Positions 23,083 to 31,022 of a stretch of DNA of 64,000 nucleotides are shown here, piece after piece. Positions within the stretch are counted from its first letter, which is position 1, and the number at the start of each line of letters is the position of its first letter. Under the pieces are notes generated by a model. That model ran no database searches, was not told where the DNA came from, and saw nothing but the letters and a program-made list of their open reading frames with translations. Origin of the DNA: Oscillospiraceae bacterium. Its GTDB lineage: Bacteria; Bacillota; Clostridia; Oscillospirales; CAG-272. Position numbers and translations under genes: made by a program. Where the stretch lies: assembly GCA_015063795.1 (NCBI GenBank), contig SVTL01000003.1, positions 29,328 through 93,327 of the forward strand, in the 5' to 3' direction.

Positions 23083-25278
23083 ATGAACGAAAAAGCGGTC
23101 AAAAGAAGAGACTGGATCAAGAACATCGCCATCATTTTTCTGGCGGTGCTGCTGCTGCTCACGCTCTTTTCCAATACCATTCTGAATTATTCTCTGCCGG
23201 AGGTGGCGGTGCAGACGGCAACGTATGCCACCATCACCACCCGCGTCCGCGCCAACGGAACGGTGGAGGCCAACTCGGTCTTTGACGTGAGCGTGCCCGA
23301 GGCCCGCTATGTGGAATCGATCGCGGTGAAGGTGGGCGCAGAGGTGAAGAAGGGCGACCTTCTCTTCACGTTGGAGGAGACCGAGAGCGCCGCTTTGTCC
23401 GATGCGCGTATGACGCTCAAGGAGCTGGAGTCGGCTTATGAAAAGGCGAAGCTGGCGTCGGGAACCGACCTGTCTTCTTACGAGGACGCGCTGACCGACG
23501 CGAAGAAGGCGTTGGCGGACGCACAGGCCATCTACGACGGACTGACCGGCAACGATCAGACGCTCCGCCGCTTGAAGGATGAGCTCAAGTCTCAGGAAAA
23601 GCGGATCGAGCTGATCGAGGAGGAGCTGGCAGAGGCAAACAAGATCCTCAGCTCGGTGTCCTTCACCGACGGGCTGCTGGGCTCGGAGGATCAGGCGCTT
23701 CACTATCTGGCCATGACCGAAAACACGCTGAACATGCACAAGAGCAGCGTGAAGGGGATCGAGCAGCAGCTCACCTTTGCCAAGAACGAGACCGCGCGGG
23801 CGCAGTCGTCGTATGACGCCATGCTGGCCGAGCAGAAGCGGTATGAGGAGCTGGCAGGGCTGCTGAGCGCCTATGAAAGCAAGCAGCTGGAGCTGGATCG
23901 CTATTTGTTTGATTTTGATGTGTACATTGCCAAAATGACCGATGAGGTCAAGGGCAAATACAATGCCTATGCCTCGGCGCTGGACAGTTACCGTGAGGCG
24001 CTGAAGGGGCAGGATGCCGCCGCCATTGCTGCGGCAAAGAACGAGTATACTTCAGCGAAGCTGGCTCTGTATGTGGCCGATGCCGGCGTCCAGTCCTACA
24101 TTCAGGGCGTGGAGGAAAAAGAGGCGGCCATCGAGGGAGCCCGTGCCCTGTATGAAAACACCCGCCTTGCTTACGGCAAGCAGTACGAGCTGGATTCGAC
24201 CATCCGCGAAAAGGCAAACAGCCTGGCGGTGAGCATCGTTTCCGCCAAGGATGCGGTGGACGCTGCCTCTCGCGGCCAGAAGACCATCGAGGATTCGCTG
24301 TCCTTTGCCAATGAGCAGCTGAATCTGGCGCAGAAGGCCTACGACGAGGCCAAGACCGTTGCCGACAAGTTTGAGGGCAACGCCGAATACACCAAGGCGC
24401 GGCAGGAAAAGTTTGAGCTGGAGGCCGAGCTGGAGATCGAGCAGGAGGCTCTTGCCGAGCTGAAGGAGCGCATCGAAAAGACCGAGTCGAAGGTCATCGA
24501 CAATGAGGACGCCAAGAAGGCGGTCACCGATGCCGAGCGTGCCGTGGAAAAGGCCGAAAAGGAGCTGGAGACTCAGAAAAAGCAGGCGGCCATCGACGGC
24601 ATCGACCGCACCAACGCCATCGAAAAGGCCAAGCTGGCCGTGGATAAGCAGAAGGCCGAGGTCGAACGGCTGGAGAAGAACGTGATCGAAAAGGAGGTCA
24701 CCTCCAAGGTCAACGGAACGGTCAAGTCCATTGCGCTGACACCGGGCAAGGAGGCGGCGGCCAACACCACGCTCATGCAGATCGAGCTGTCCGATATGGG
24801 CTACACGGTCACCTGCTCGATCACAAACGAGCAGAGCCGTCTGGTGAAGGCGGGCGACTATGCCTCGCTGCTCTATTATTACGGCGACAATCCGCCGGTG
24901 CTGCGCGTGGCATCGGTCAAGAACGATCCGAGCGATCCCACCAAGAAAAAGCAGGTGGTTCTGGAGGTGGAGAGCGGCGGCGTCTCGGGCGCGCGGCTCA
25001 ACTTCACGCTGGGCGAGCGGAATCAGAGCTATGAGGCGGTGATCCCCAACAACGCCGTGCGCGAGGACAACAACGGCAAGTTTGTTTTGGTTGTTTCGGC
25101 CAAGAACACGCCTCTGGGCAACCGCTACACTGCCAAGCGCGTGGATGTGGAGGTGCTGGCCTCCGATGAAAAGCAGTCTGCCGTCTCGGGCATCTCGGCT
25201 TACAACGAATATGTGATCACCACCGTGTCGGGTACGGCCATCGTCACCGACGGCACGCAGGTCCGCATGGCGGAATGA
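23083..25278 (+). CDS. HlyD/membrane-fusion-protein family periplasmic adaptor with an exceptionally long coiled coil
   Basis: N-terminal TM helix. Lipoyl-like halves GTVEANSVFDVSVPEARYVESIAVKVGAEVKKGDLLFTLE and VTSKVNGTVKSIALTPGKEAAANTTLMQI are separated by about 440 residues of heptad-like E/K/A/L-rich sequence. Confidence 0.75.
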   Translation: MNEKAVKRRDWIKNIAIIFLAVLLLLTLFSNTILNYSLPEVAVQTATYATITTRVRANGTVEANSVFDVSVPEARYVESIAVKVGAEVKKGDLLFTLEETESAALSDARMTLKELESAYEKAKLASGTDLSSYEDALTDAKKALADAQAIYDGLTGNDQTLRRLKDELKSQEKRIELIEEELAEANKILSSVSFTDGLLGSEDQALHYLAMTENTLNMHKSSVKGIEQQLTFAKNETARAQSSYDAMLAEQKRYEELAGLLSAYESKQLELDRYLFDFDVYIAKMTDEVKGKYNAYASALDSYREALKGQDAAAIAAAKNEYTSAKLALYVADAGVQSYIQGVEEKEAAIEGARALYENTRLAYGKQYELDSTIREKANSLAVSIVSAKDAVDAASRGQKTIEDSLSFANEQLNLAQKAYDEAKTVADKFEGNAEYTKARQEKFELEAELEIEQEALAELKERIEKTESKVIDNEDAKKAVTDAERAVEKAEKELETQKKQAAIDGIDRTNAIEKAKLAVDKQKAEVERLEKNVIEKEVTSKVNGTVKSIALTPGKEAAANTTLMQIELSDMGYTVTCSITNEQSRLVKAGDYASLLYYYGDNPPVLRVASVKNDPSDPTKKKQVVLEVESGGVSGARLNFTLGERNQSYEAVIPNNAVREDNNGKFVLVVSAKNTPLGNRYTAKRVDVEVLASDEKQSAVSGISAYNEYVITTVSGTAIVTDGTQVRMAE

Positions 25279-25297
25279 GTTCACGGTTTTACATAAC

Positions 25298-26380
25298 ATG
25301 ATGAGAAAACGAACAAACGGATGGATCGCGGTCGGCGTTGTGCTGGCCGCCCTGATCCTGTGTCTTTTTCTGCGGCTGACCTCCGATCGCATCGCCTCCT
25401 CGAGAGGGGAGCAGACCGCGGCCGAGCGCTTTTCCACCGAAACGCTGACAAACGATTCGCTTTCGCTCTTTCTGCCCTCCTCAGCGGGCGCAACGGGCGA
25501 AACGGTGCTCTCCTTCCGCCAATCGATGGAGCAGACGCTTCTCAACGATTCCATCCTTTCGGGGGGCGGACGGCTGTATGTGGATGCTTACAGCGGCTTT
25601 GCTCCGCTGGGCGTCTCCACCGACCGCGGAAGCGTGCAGGCCGAGGCGGGCTATGTGGGGGGCGACTTCTTCTTTCTCCACCCCTTTGAGCTTCTGAACG
25701 GCTCTTATCTGCCGTCGGAGCCCATCGATCCGATGCTGATCCTGCTGGACGATCGGGCGGCATGGACGCTGTTCGGCGCTCTGGACATCGCGGGCTTTAC
25801 CTGCACGGTCAACGGCGAGCGCTTCACGGTGGCGGGAGTCTTCCGCTCGGAGGACGATGCGCTGTACGGCAATGCGCCGCGCGTCTACCTGCCCTATGAG
25901 GCCTTCGGCGGCGAGAATGCCCCGCCGGTCACCTGCTATGAGGCGGTCCTGCCCGAGCCGGTGAAGGAGTACGCCATGGGACTGCTGCAGTCGGCGGCCT
26001 CCTCTTATAAAGAAAACGGCATCTTCAAGCAGACGGGCAGCCGCTTTGAGCTTTCGTCCTTGCTGAACACCTTAAAATCCCTGCCGCAGCGGGGCGTGCG
26101 CACGCAGGAGATCGCCTTCCCCTATTGGGAGAACATCGCTTGTGTCAATGAGGACCGATGCGCGCTGCTGCTGTTCGGACGGCTGATCGTGTATGGGCTT
26201 CTTCTGCTCAGCGCGCTGATCCTGCTGATCCGCTATTACCGTACCATGACGCGTGCGGTGTCGTCCTTCTTCCGCTTTCTCGGCGGCAAGATCGCAGACG
26301 GCTATGACCGCATCCGTTGCCGTAAATACTACAAAAACCAAAAAATCAACAACAAAAAGGAGAATTCAGATGAAGAGTAA
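25298..26380 (+). CDS. MacB-type periplasmic core domain protein lacking the FtsX C-terminal helices (TM-PCD-TM)
   Basis: TM1 WIAVGVVLAALILCLFL. Extracytoplasmic VGGDFFFLHPFELLNGSYL...LILLDDRAAWTLFGALDIAGFTCTVNGERFTVAGVF is MacB_PCD-like. There is a single further TM helix (LLLFGRLIVYGLLLLSALILLI), then a basic tail. Confidence 0.6.
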   Translation: MMRKRTNGWIAVGVVLAALILCLFLRLTSDRIASSRGEQTAAERFSTETLTNDSLSLFLPSSAGATGETVLSFRQSMEQTLLNDSILSGGGRLYVDAYSGFAPLGVSTDRGSVQAEAGYVGGDFFFLHPFELLNGSYLPSEPIDPMLILLDDRAAWTLFGALDIAGFTCTVNGERFTVAGVFRSEDDALYGNAPRVYLPYEAFGGENAPPVTCYEAVLPEPVKEYAMGLLQSAASSYKENGIFKQTGSRFELSSLLNTLKSLPQRGVRTQEIAFPYWENIACVNEDRCALLLFGRLIVYGLLLLSALILLIRYYRTMTRAVSSFFRFLGGKIADGYDRIRCRKYYKNQKINNKKENSDEE

Positions 26381-28925
26381 GAGATGGCTCTGCCTGCTGC
26401 TGGCGGCAATGATGTGCCTTGGAAGCTTAACGCTTCTCGGAAGCTGCAAACCCAGGGAACAGGCGGAAAAAACCGTGGTCAGCGGTGTGTACCGCGCCAG
26501 CGACCTGCCCCTTCCCGAGGGCATTTCCTATATCAATCAGCTGACCGCTGTCGGCGACCGCCTGTATTTCATGGGCGAAAGCTACATCGAATCCACCTAT
26601 ACGTATAAAAATGCCTTCTATTCCATGAAGACCGACGGCAGCGAGCTGAAGGAGCTGGACTTTGAATGGTTCCGCGAGGAGGGCGGCTACATCAGCGCGC
26701 TCGCCCCCGCCTCCGACGGCTCTCTCTGGCTGTATTACAATGAGTATTACGAGCTGGAGAAGGAGCCCGAGACCGATGCCAACGGCGAGACCGTTGAGCC
26801 CTCCGCTCCCTCCACCGATACGCCCGCCGTGCCCATGCCTCTGCCCATGCCCCGCGATGGGGCGATGGCTGCCGAGACGGTTGCTGCCGCCGAGACGGTG
26901 AGCGCTCCCGAGACCGAGACCTCCCCCGAAACGACCGAGAACAAGTCGGACGGCGGCTATGTGGAGACGGCTGCTGCTGTCATCATGACCGAGACCGTCG
27001 GCCCCGGCGGCATGTATATCCCTGCCGATTATGTGGAAAACAACTATCTCATTCATGTGTCCGCCGACGGCGAAGAGCTGGCCCGCGTGGATCTGGATGT
27101 TCTGAAGGAGGAGAAGGAGCTGCCCTATCTGTCGGTCAGCTATCTGACGGCTTTGGACGGCAAGGTCTTTTTCAGCAACAACAATATGCTCATCGGCTAT
27201 GCTGCCGACGGCACGCTGCTCTTCTGCAGTGAGCTGGAGACCGACTGGATCAACAACATGTTTGCCGACGGCAAGACCGGTCAGCTGGTGGTCGGCTTCT
27301 ACAAGGAGCCCGATTACAGCAAGCTGCATATGTATCCGGTGGATCTGACCACGGGCAAGCTGTCCGACACCGAATATGCCATGTCCGAGCTGGCGGCAAA
27401 CAACAGCTATAACATCAAGGGCGGCCCGGGCTATTCCTTCTATTTCAACACCCAGAGCGCCATCTATGGCTACGATTCAACCACCGGCACCGAGACCGAG
27501 CTTCTCAACTACGTCAATTCCGACCTCGACCGCTCGGGCGGTGCGCAGATGGCCATCCTTTCCGACAAGCAGTTTGTCACCGTTACGTATGATTACGAGA
27601 GCGAAAAAACGCAGGTCATGCTGCAGGTGCTGGATTTCGTTCCCCCCGAGCAGGTCACGCCCAAGTATATCCTCACCATGTCCTATTCCAACTACCTTTC
27701 GAGCGACATCCGCCGTCAGGTCATCGCCTTCAACAAGTCCAACGAAAACTACCGCATCCAACTGAAGGACTACTCGGTGTACAACAACGAGGAGAACGAG
27801 TGGAAGGGCGCCGCCGATACGCTCAACGCCGAGATCCTGGCCGGTCAGATCCCCGACATTCTGGTCGTGGAGGACAGCCTGCCCTTTGCCAGCTATGCCT
27901 CCAAGGGACTGTTTGCCGATCTGTATGAGCTGATGGATGCCGATGAGAGCATCAAAAAGGAGGATTTCCTCCCCAACATCTTCAAGGCGCAGGAGATCAA
28001 CGGCTGTCTGTATGAGCTGACGCCGGTCATCCAGATCATCACCGCCGAGGCCAAGGCCGAGCATCTGAACGGCTTGACCGGCTGGAACATGGCCGAATTC
28101 ACCAATCGGATCAACAGCCTGCCGGAGAACATGAAGGTCTTCGGCGACGACGTGGCAAGAAACGATGTCCTGCAGGCGCTGATCATGTGTATGTATGACG
28201 AGCTGGTGGATAAGGACAGCGGCGAATGCTATTTCGACACCGACTATTTCAAGAGCGTTCTCACCTTCGTTTCCACGCTTCCCGAAAAGAGCATCTGGGA
28301 GCGCGAGGAGGAGATGCCCGAGGATTATTGGCAGCAGTATGAGAACCGCTTCAAGAGCGACCTGATCCTGCTGAACATGGACAGCCTGTACACCTTCCAG
28401 AGCTATTGGTCCAACAAGCAGTACAATTTCGGAAACGTGGACACCACCTTCATCGGCTTCCCCTGCGAGAACCGAAACGGTGCCGCCTTCCAGGGTCAGC
28501 TTCGTCTGGCCATCTCCTCCCAGAGTCTGAACCGCGACGGTGCGTGGGAATTCCTCCGCTCCTTCCTCTCCGATGAGTATCAGGATAAGCAGGACTACCA
28601 GTGGCCCATCAAGCTCTCCTCGCTGGATAAGATGGCCGAGCGTGTGCTGAATCCCGAGCCGAAGGAGGGCGACGGTGAGTTTGAGGATCATATCATCGTC
28701 GGCGGCTATTACTACACCAAGGAAATGGGGCGCATCACGCAGGAAACGGTGGATGAGATCCTGGCCGTGGTCAAGTCGGCAGACAAGGTGATCCGTCAGG
28801 ATGAGGCTCTTCTTGACATCATCACCGCCGAGGCGGAGGCCTTCTTCAGCGGCGCCAAGACCGTGGATGCGGTCACGCCCATCATCCAGAGCAAGGCCAA
28901 GATGTACATCAACGAGCAGCGCTGA
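26370..28925 (+). CDS. large lipoprotein: N-terminal beta-propeller-like region fused to a family-1 extracellular solute-binding domain
   Basis: ATG 26370 after aaaaaggag. Lipobox LTLLGSC. The C-terminal about 430 aa (KYILTMSYSNYLSSDIRRQVIAFNKSNENYRIQLKDY...ILAGQIPDILVV...) is SBP-like. The start overlaps the previous gene by 11 nt. Confidence 0.7.
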   Translation: MKSKRWLCLLLAAMMCLGSLTLLGSCKPREQAEKTVVSGVYRASDLPLPEGISYINQLTAVGDRLYFMGESYIESTYTYKNAFYSMKTDGSELKELDFEWFREEGGYISALAPASDGSLWLYYNEYYELEKEPETDANGETVEPSAPSTDTPAVPMPLPMPRDGAMAAETVAAAETVSAPETETSPETTENKSDGGYVETAAAVIMTETVGPGGMYIPADYVENNYLIHVSADGEELARVDLDVLKEEKELPYLSVSYLTALDGKVFFSNNNMLIGYAADGTLLFCSELETDWINNMFADGKTGQLVVGFYKEPDYSKLHMYPVDLTTGKLSDTEYAMSELAANNSYNIKGGPGYSFYFNTQSAIYGYDSTTGTETELLNYVNSDLDRSGGAQMAILSDKQFVTVTYDYESEKTQVMLQVLDFVPPEQVTPKYILTMSYSNYLSSDIRRQVIAFNKSNENYRIQLKDYSVYNNEENEWKGAADTLNAEILAGQIPDILVVEDSLPFASYASKGLFADLYELMDADESIKKEDFLPNIFKAQEINGCLYELTPVIQIITAEAKAEHLNGLTGWNMAEFTNRINSLPENMKVFGDDVARNDVLQALIMCMYDELVDKDSGECYFDTDYFKSVLTFVSTLPEKSIWEREEEMPEDYWQQYENRFKSDLILLNMDSLYTFQSYWSNKQYNFGNVDTTFIGFPCENRNGAAFQGQLRLAISSQSLNRDGAWEFLRSFLSDEYQDKQDYQWPIKLSSLDKMAERVLNPEPKEGDGEFEDHIIVGGYYYTKEMGRITQETVDEILAVVKSADKVIRQDEALLDIITAEAEAFFSGAKTVDAVTPIIQSKAKMYINEQR

Positions 28926-28974
28926 GCGTTCCCCTTGACCGCTTCCCGCTGAGTTTGAAAAAGAGATACCGAAA

Positions 28975-29017
28975 AAAGCCCGCTGTGGATCGATCCGCGG
29001 CGGGCTTCCGTTTTTTT
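28975..29017 (+). terminator. Rho-independent terminator of the transporter cluster
   Basis: agcccgc (28977-28983) / gcgggct (29000-29006) followed by a T-run. Confidence 0.7.
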
Positions 29018-29160
29018 CGGGCAAACGCACTCCTTTTTCGGCAAGCGATCCTTTTCGGGCAAACGCACTCCTTTTTCGGCAAGCGATCCTTTTTGGGCAA
29101 GCGATCCTTTTTTCGGCAAGCGATCTTTTTTGCGGCAAGCGATCCCGTTTCGGGACGGAC
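29017..29160. repeat. seven direct repeats (17-22 bp) of CGG(G)CAA(G/A)CG(A/C)(T/A)C(C/T).. each ending in a T4-6 tract
   Basis: cgggcaaacgcactccttttt x2 interleaved with cggcaagcgatcc-ttttt x5. Five units contain GATC. Confidence 0.9.
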
Positions 29161-29216
29161 AAGACCATTTTTTTCGGTTGTCGAACCCCGGCAAGACAAA
29201 AATTTGCTCTCCCCGA

Positions 29217-29245
29217 TTGCAATTCGGCGGCAGATGTGATATAAT
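29217..29245 (+). promoter_or_regulatory. promoter of the ACT/UPF0210 operon
   Basis: TTGCAA (29217-29222), 17 nt, TGa-TATAAT (29240-29245). Confidence 0.65.
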
Positions 29246-29281
29246 AGTAAAAATACGCTTTGGAAAACGGAGGAAAAGAGA

Positions 29282-29551
29282 ATGAAAGCGGTTGTAACGG
29301 TTGTCGGACGGGATACGGTCGGCATTTTGGCAAAGGTGAGCGTGGTCTGCGCGGAGCACAATGCCAATGTCATCGATGTGACGCAGTCGGTCATGAAGGA
29401 GCTGTTCACCATGGTCATGCTGCTGGACATCACGGAGATCTCGTGCGATTTTTCGGTCCTGCAGAATGCTTTGTATGAGGTGGGCGAGAAGATCGGCATG
29501 AAGATCCATGTCATGCACGAGGACATCTTCAATTCCATGCACCACATCTAA
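29282..29551 (+). CDS. ACT-domain protein (UPF0237 family)
   Basis: 89 aa. [46 protein letters not shown] is the typical UPF0237 ACT fold sequence. Confidence 0.85.
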   Translation: MKAVVTVVGRDTVGILAKVSVVCAEHNANVIDVTQSVMKELFTMVMLLDITEISCDFSVLQNALYEVGEKIGMKIHVMHEDIFNSMHHI

Positions 29552-29576
29552 AAAACGATCAAACGGGAGAATCACC

Positions 29577-30935
29577 ATGCTGGATACCACAGATATTTTA
29601 GAAACCATACGGATGATCGATGATGAAAATCTCGACATCCGAACCATCACCATGGGCATTTCCTTGCTGGACTGCATCGATTCGGACATCACGCGGTCCT
29701 GCGATAAGGTATACGATAAGATCTGCCGCATGGCCTCGCGGCTGGTGCCGGTGGGCTGTGACATCGAGAGAATGTACGGCATTCCGATCATCAACAAGCG
29801 CATTTCGGTCACCCCCATTGCCATGCTGGCGGCGGCCAACCGCGGCGATCCGGTCAAGTATGCGAGAACGCTGGAGAAGGCGGCCAAGGAGGTCGGCGTC
29901 AACTTTATCGGCGGCTTTTCCGCGCTGGTGCACAAGGGCTTTTCGGCGGGCGATAAGGCGCTGATCTGCTCCATTCCGCAGGCGCTGAGCGAGACCGAGC
30001 GTGTCTGCTCGTCGGTGAACATCGGCTCAACGAAGGCGGGCATCAACATGGACGCGGTGGGGCTGATGGGCAACATCATTCTCGATGCGGCCAAGGCCAC
30101 GGCGGACAAAAACTGCATGGGCGCGGCAAAGATCGTGGTCTTCTGCAATGCGCCTGAGGATAATCCCTTTATGGCAGGCGCCTTCCACGGCGTCGGCGAG
30201 CCCGATTGTGTCATCAATGTGGGCGTTTCCGGTCCGGGTGCGGTGAGAAGCGCTCTGACCAAGTGCCCCGACGGTGACCTGACCGAGGTGGCCGATATCA
30301 TCAAGAAGACCGCCTTCAAGATCACCCGTATGGGACAGCTGGTGGGCAAGGCTGCCTCGGAGCGGCTGAATGTGCCCTTCGGCATCGTGGATCTGTCGCT
30401 GGCTCCCACGCCGGCGGTAGGCGATTCGGTGGCGCATGTCATCGAGGAGATGGGCATCGAGATCTGCGGCGCTCACGGCACCACGGCGGCCTTGGCTCTG
30501 CTCAACGACGCGGTGAAAAAGGGCGGCGTGATGGCCTCCTCCCATGTGGGCGGTCTGTCGGGTGCATTCATTCCCGTGTCCGAGGATGCGGGCATGATCG
30601 ATGCGGCGCGGAGCGGCGATCTGTCCATCGAGAAGTTAGAGGCCATGACCGCGGTCTGCTCGGTGGGACTGGACATGATCGTCATTCCCGGCGACACGCC
30701 TCCGTCCACCATTTCGGCCATCATCGCCGACGAAGCGGCCATCGGCATGGTCAACAGCAAGACGACGGCGGTGCGTGTGGTACCGGCCATCGGCAAGAAG
30801 AGCGGCGAGGAGCTGGAGTTCGGCGGCCTGTTCGGCTCCGGTCCCATCATGAAGCTGCACAACGACCGTTCCTCGGAGAAGTTCATCGCCCGCGGAGGAC
30901 GGATTCCCGCCCCGATGCAGTCGCTGAAAAATTGA
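29577..30935 (+). CDS. UPF0210/PFL-like (DUF711) family protein
   Basis: 452 aa from ATG 29577 (RBS gggaga). [27 protein letters not shown]... Usual partner of UPF0237. Confidence 0.85.
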   Translation: MLDTTDILETIRMIDDENLDIRTITMGISLLDCIDSDITRSCDKVYDKICRMASRLVPVGCDIERMYGIPIINKRISVTPIAMLAAANRGDPVKYARTLEKAAKEVGVNFIGGFSALVHKGFSAGDKALICSIPQALSETERVCSSVNIGSTKAGINMDAVGLMGNIILDAAKATADKNCMGAAKIVVFCNAPEDNPFMAGAFHGVGEPDCVINVGVSGPGAVRSALTKCPDGDLTEVADIIKKTAFKITRMGQLVGKAASERLNVPFGIVDLSLAPTPAVGDSVAHVIEEMGIEICGAHGTTAALALLNDAVKKGGVMASSHVGGLSGAFIPVSEDAGMIDAARSGDLSIEKLEAMTAVCSVGLDMIVIPGDTPPSTISAIIADEAAIGMVNSKTTAVRVVPAIGKKSGEELEFGGLFGSGPIMKLHNDRSSEKFIARGGRIPAPMQSLKN

Positions 30936-30948
30936 AAAGAGATAAAGA

Positions 30949-30986
30949 AAGAACCGAGCGCTTGTGTACGTTCGGTTCTTTTTTGT
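30949..30986. terminator. bidirectional Rho-independent terminator (UPF0210 gene / ABC exporter)
   Basis: gaaccga (30951-30957) / tcggttc (30972-30978) with T-runs on both strands. Confidence 0.7.
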
Positions 30987-31022
30987 TGTCCCAAAACGCG
31001 AAAGTGCCGTTTTACCTCAGCC

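Noticed and set aside
29017-29160. Mini-CRISPR-like array
   Set aside because: The units are only 17-22 bp, directly abutting, T-tract-terminated and without spacers. No cas genes are present.
28796-30457. 553-aa minus-strand ORF spanning the repeat block and the ACT/UPF0210 genes
   Set aside because: It crosses a terminator, a repeat array and a promoter, and lies antisense to two well-recognised genes.
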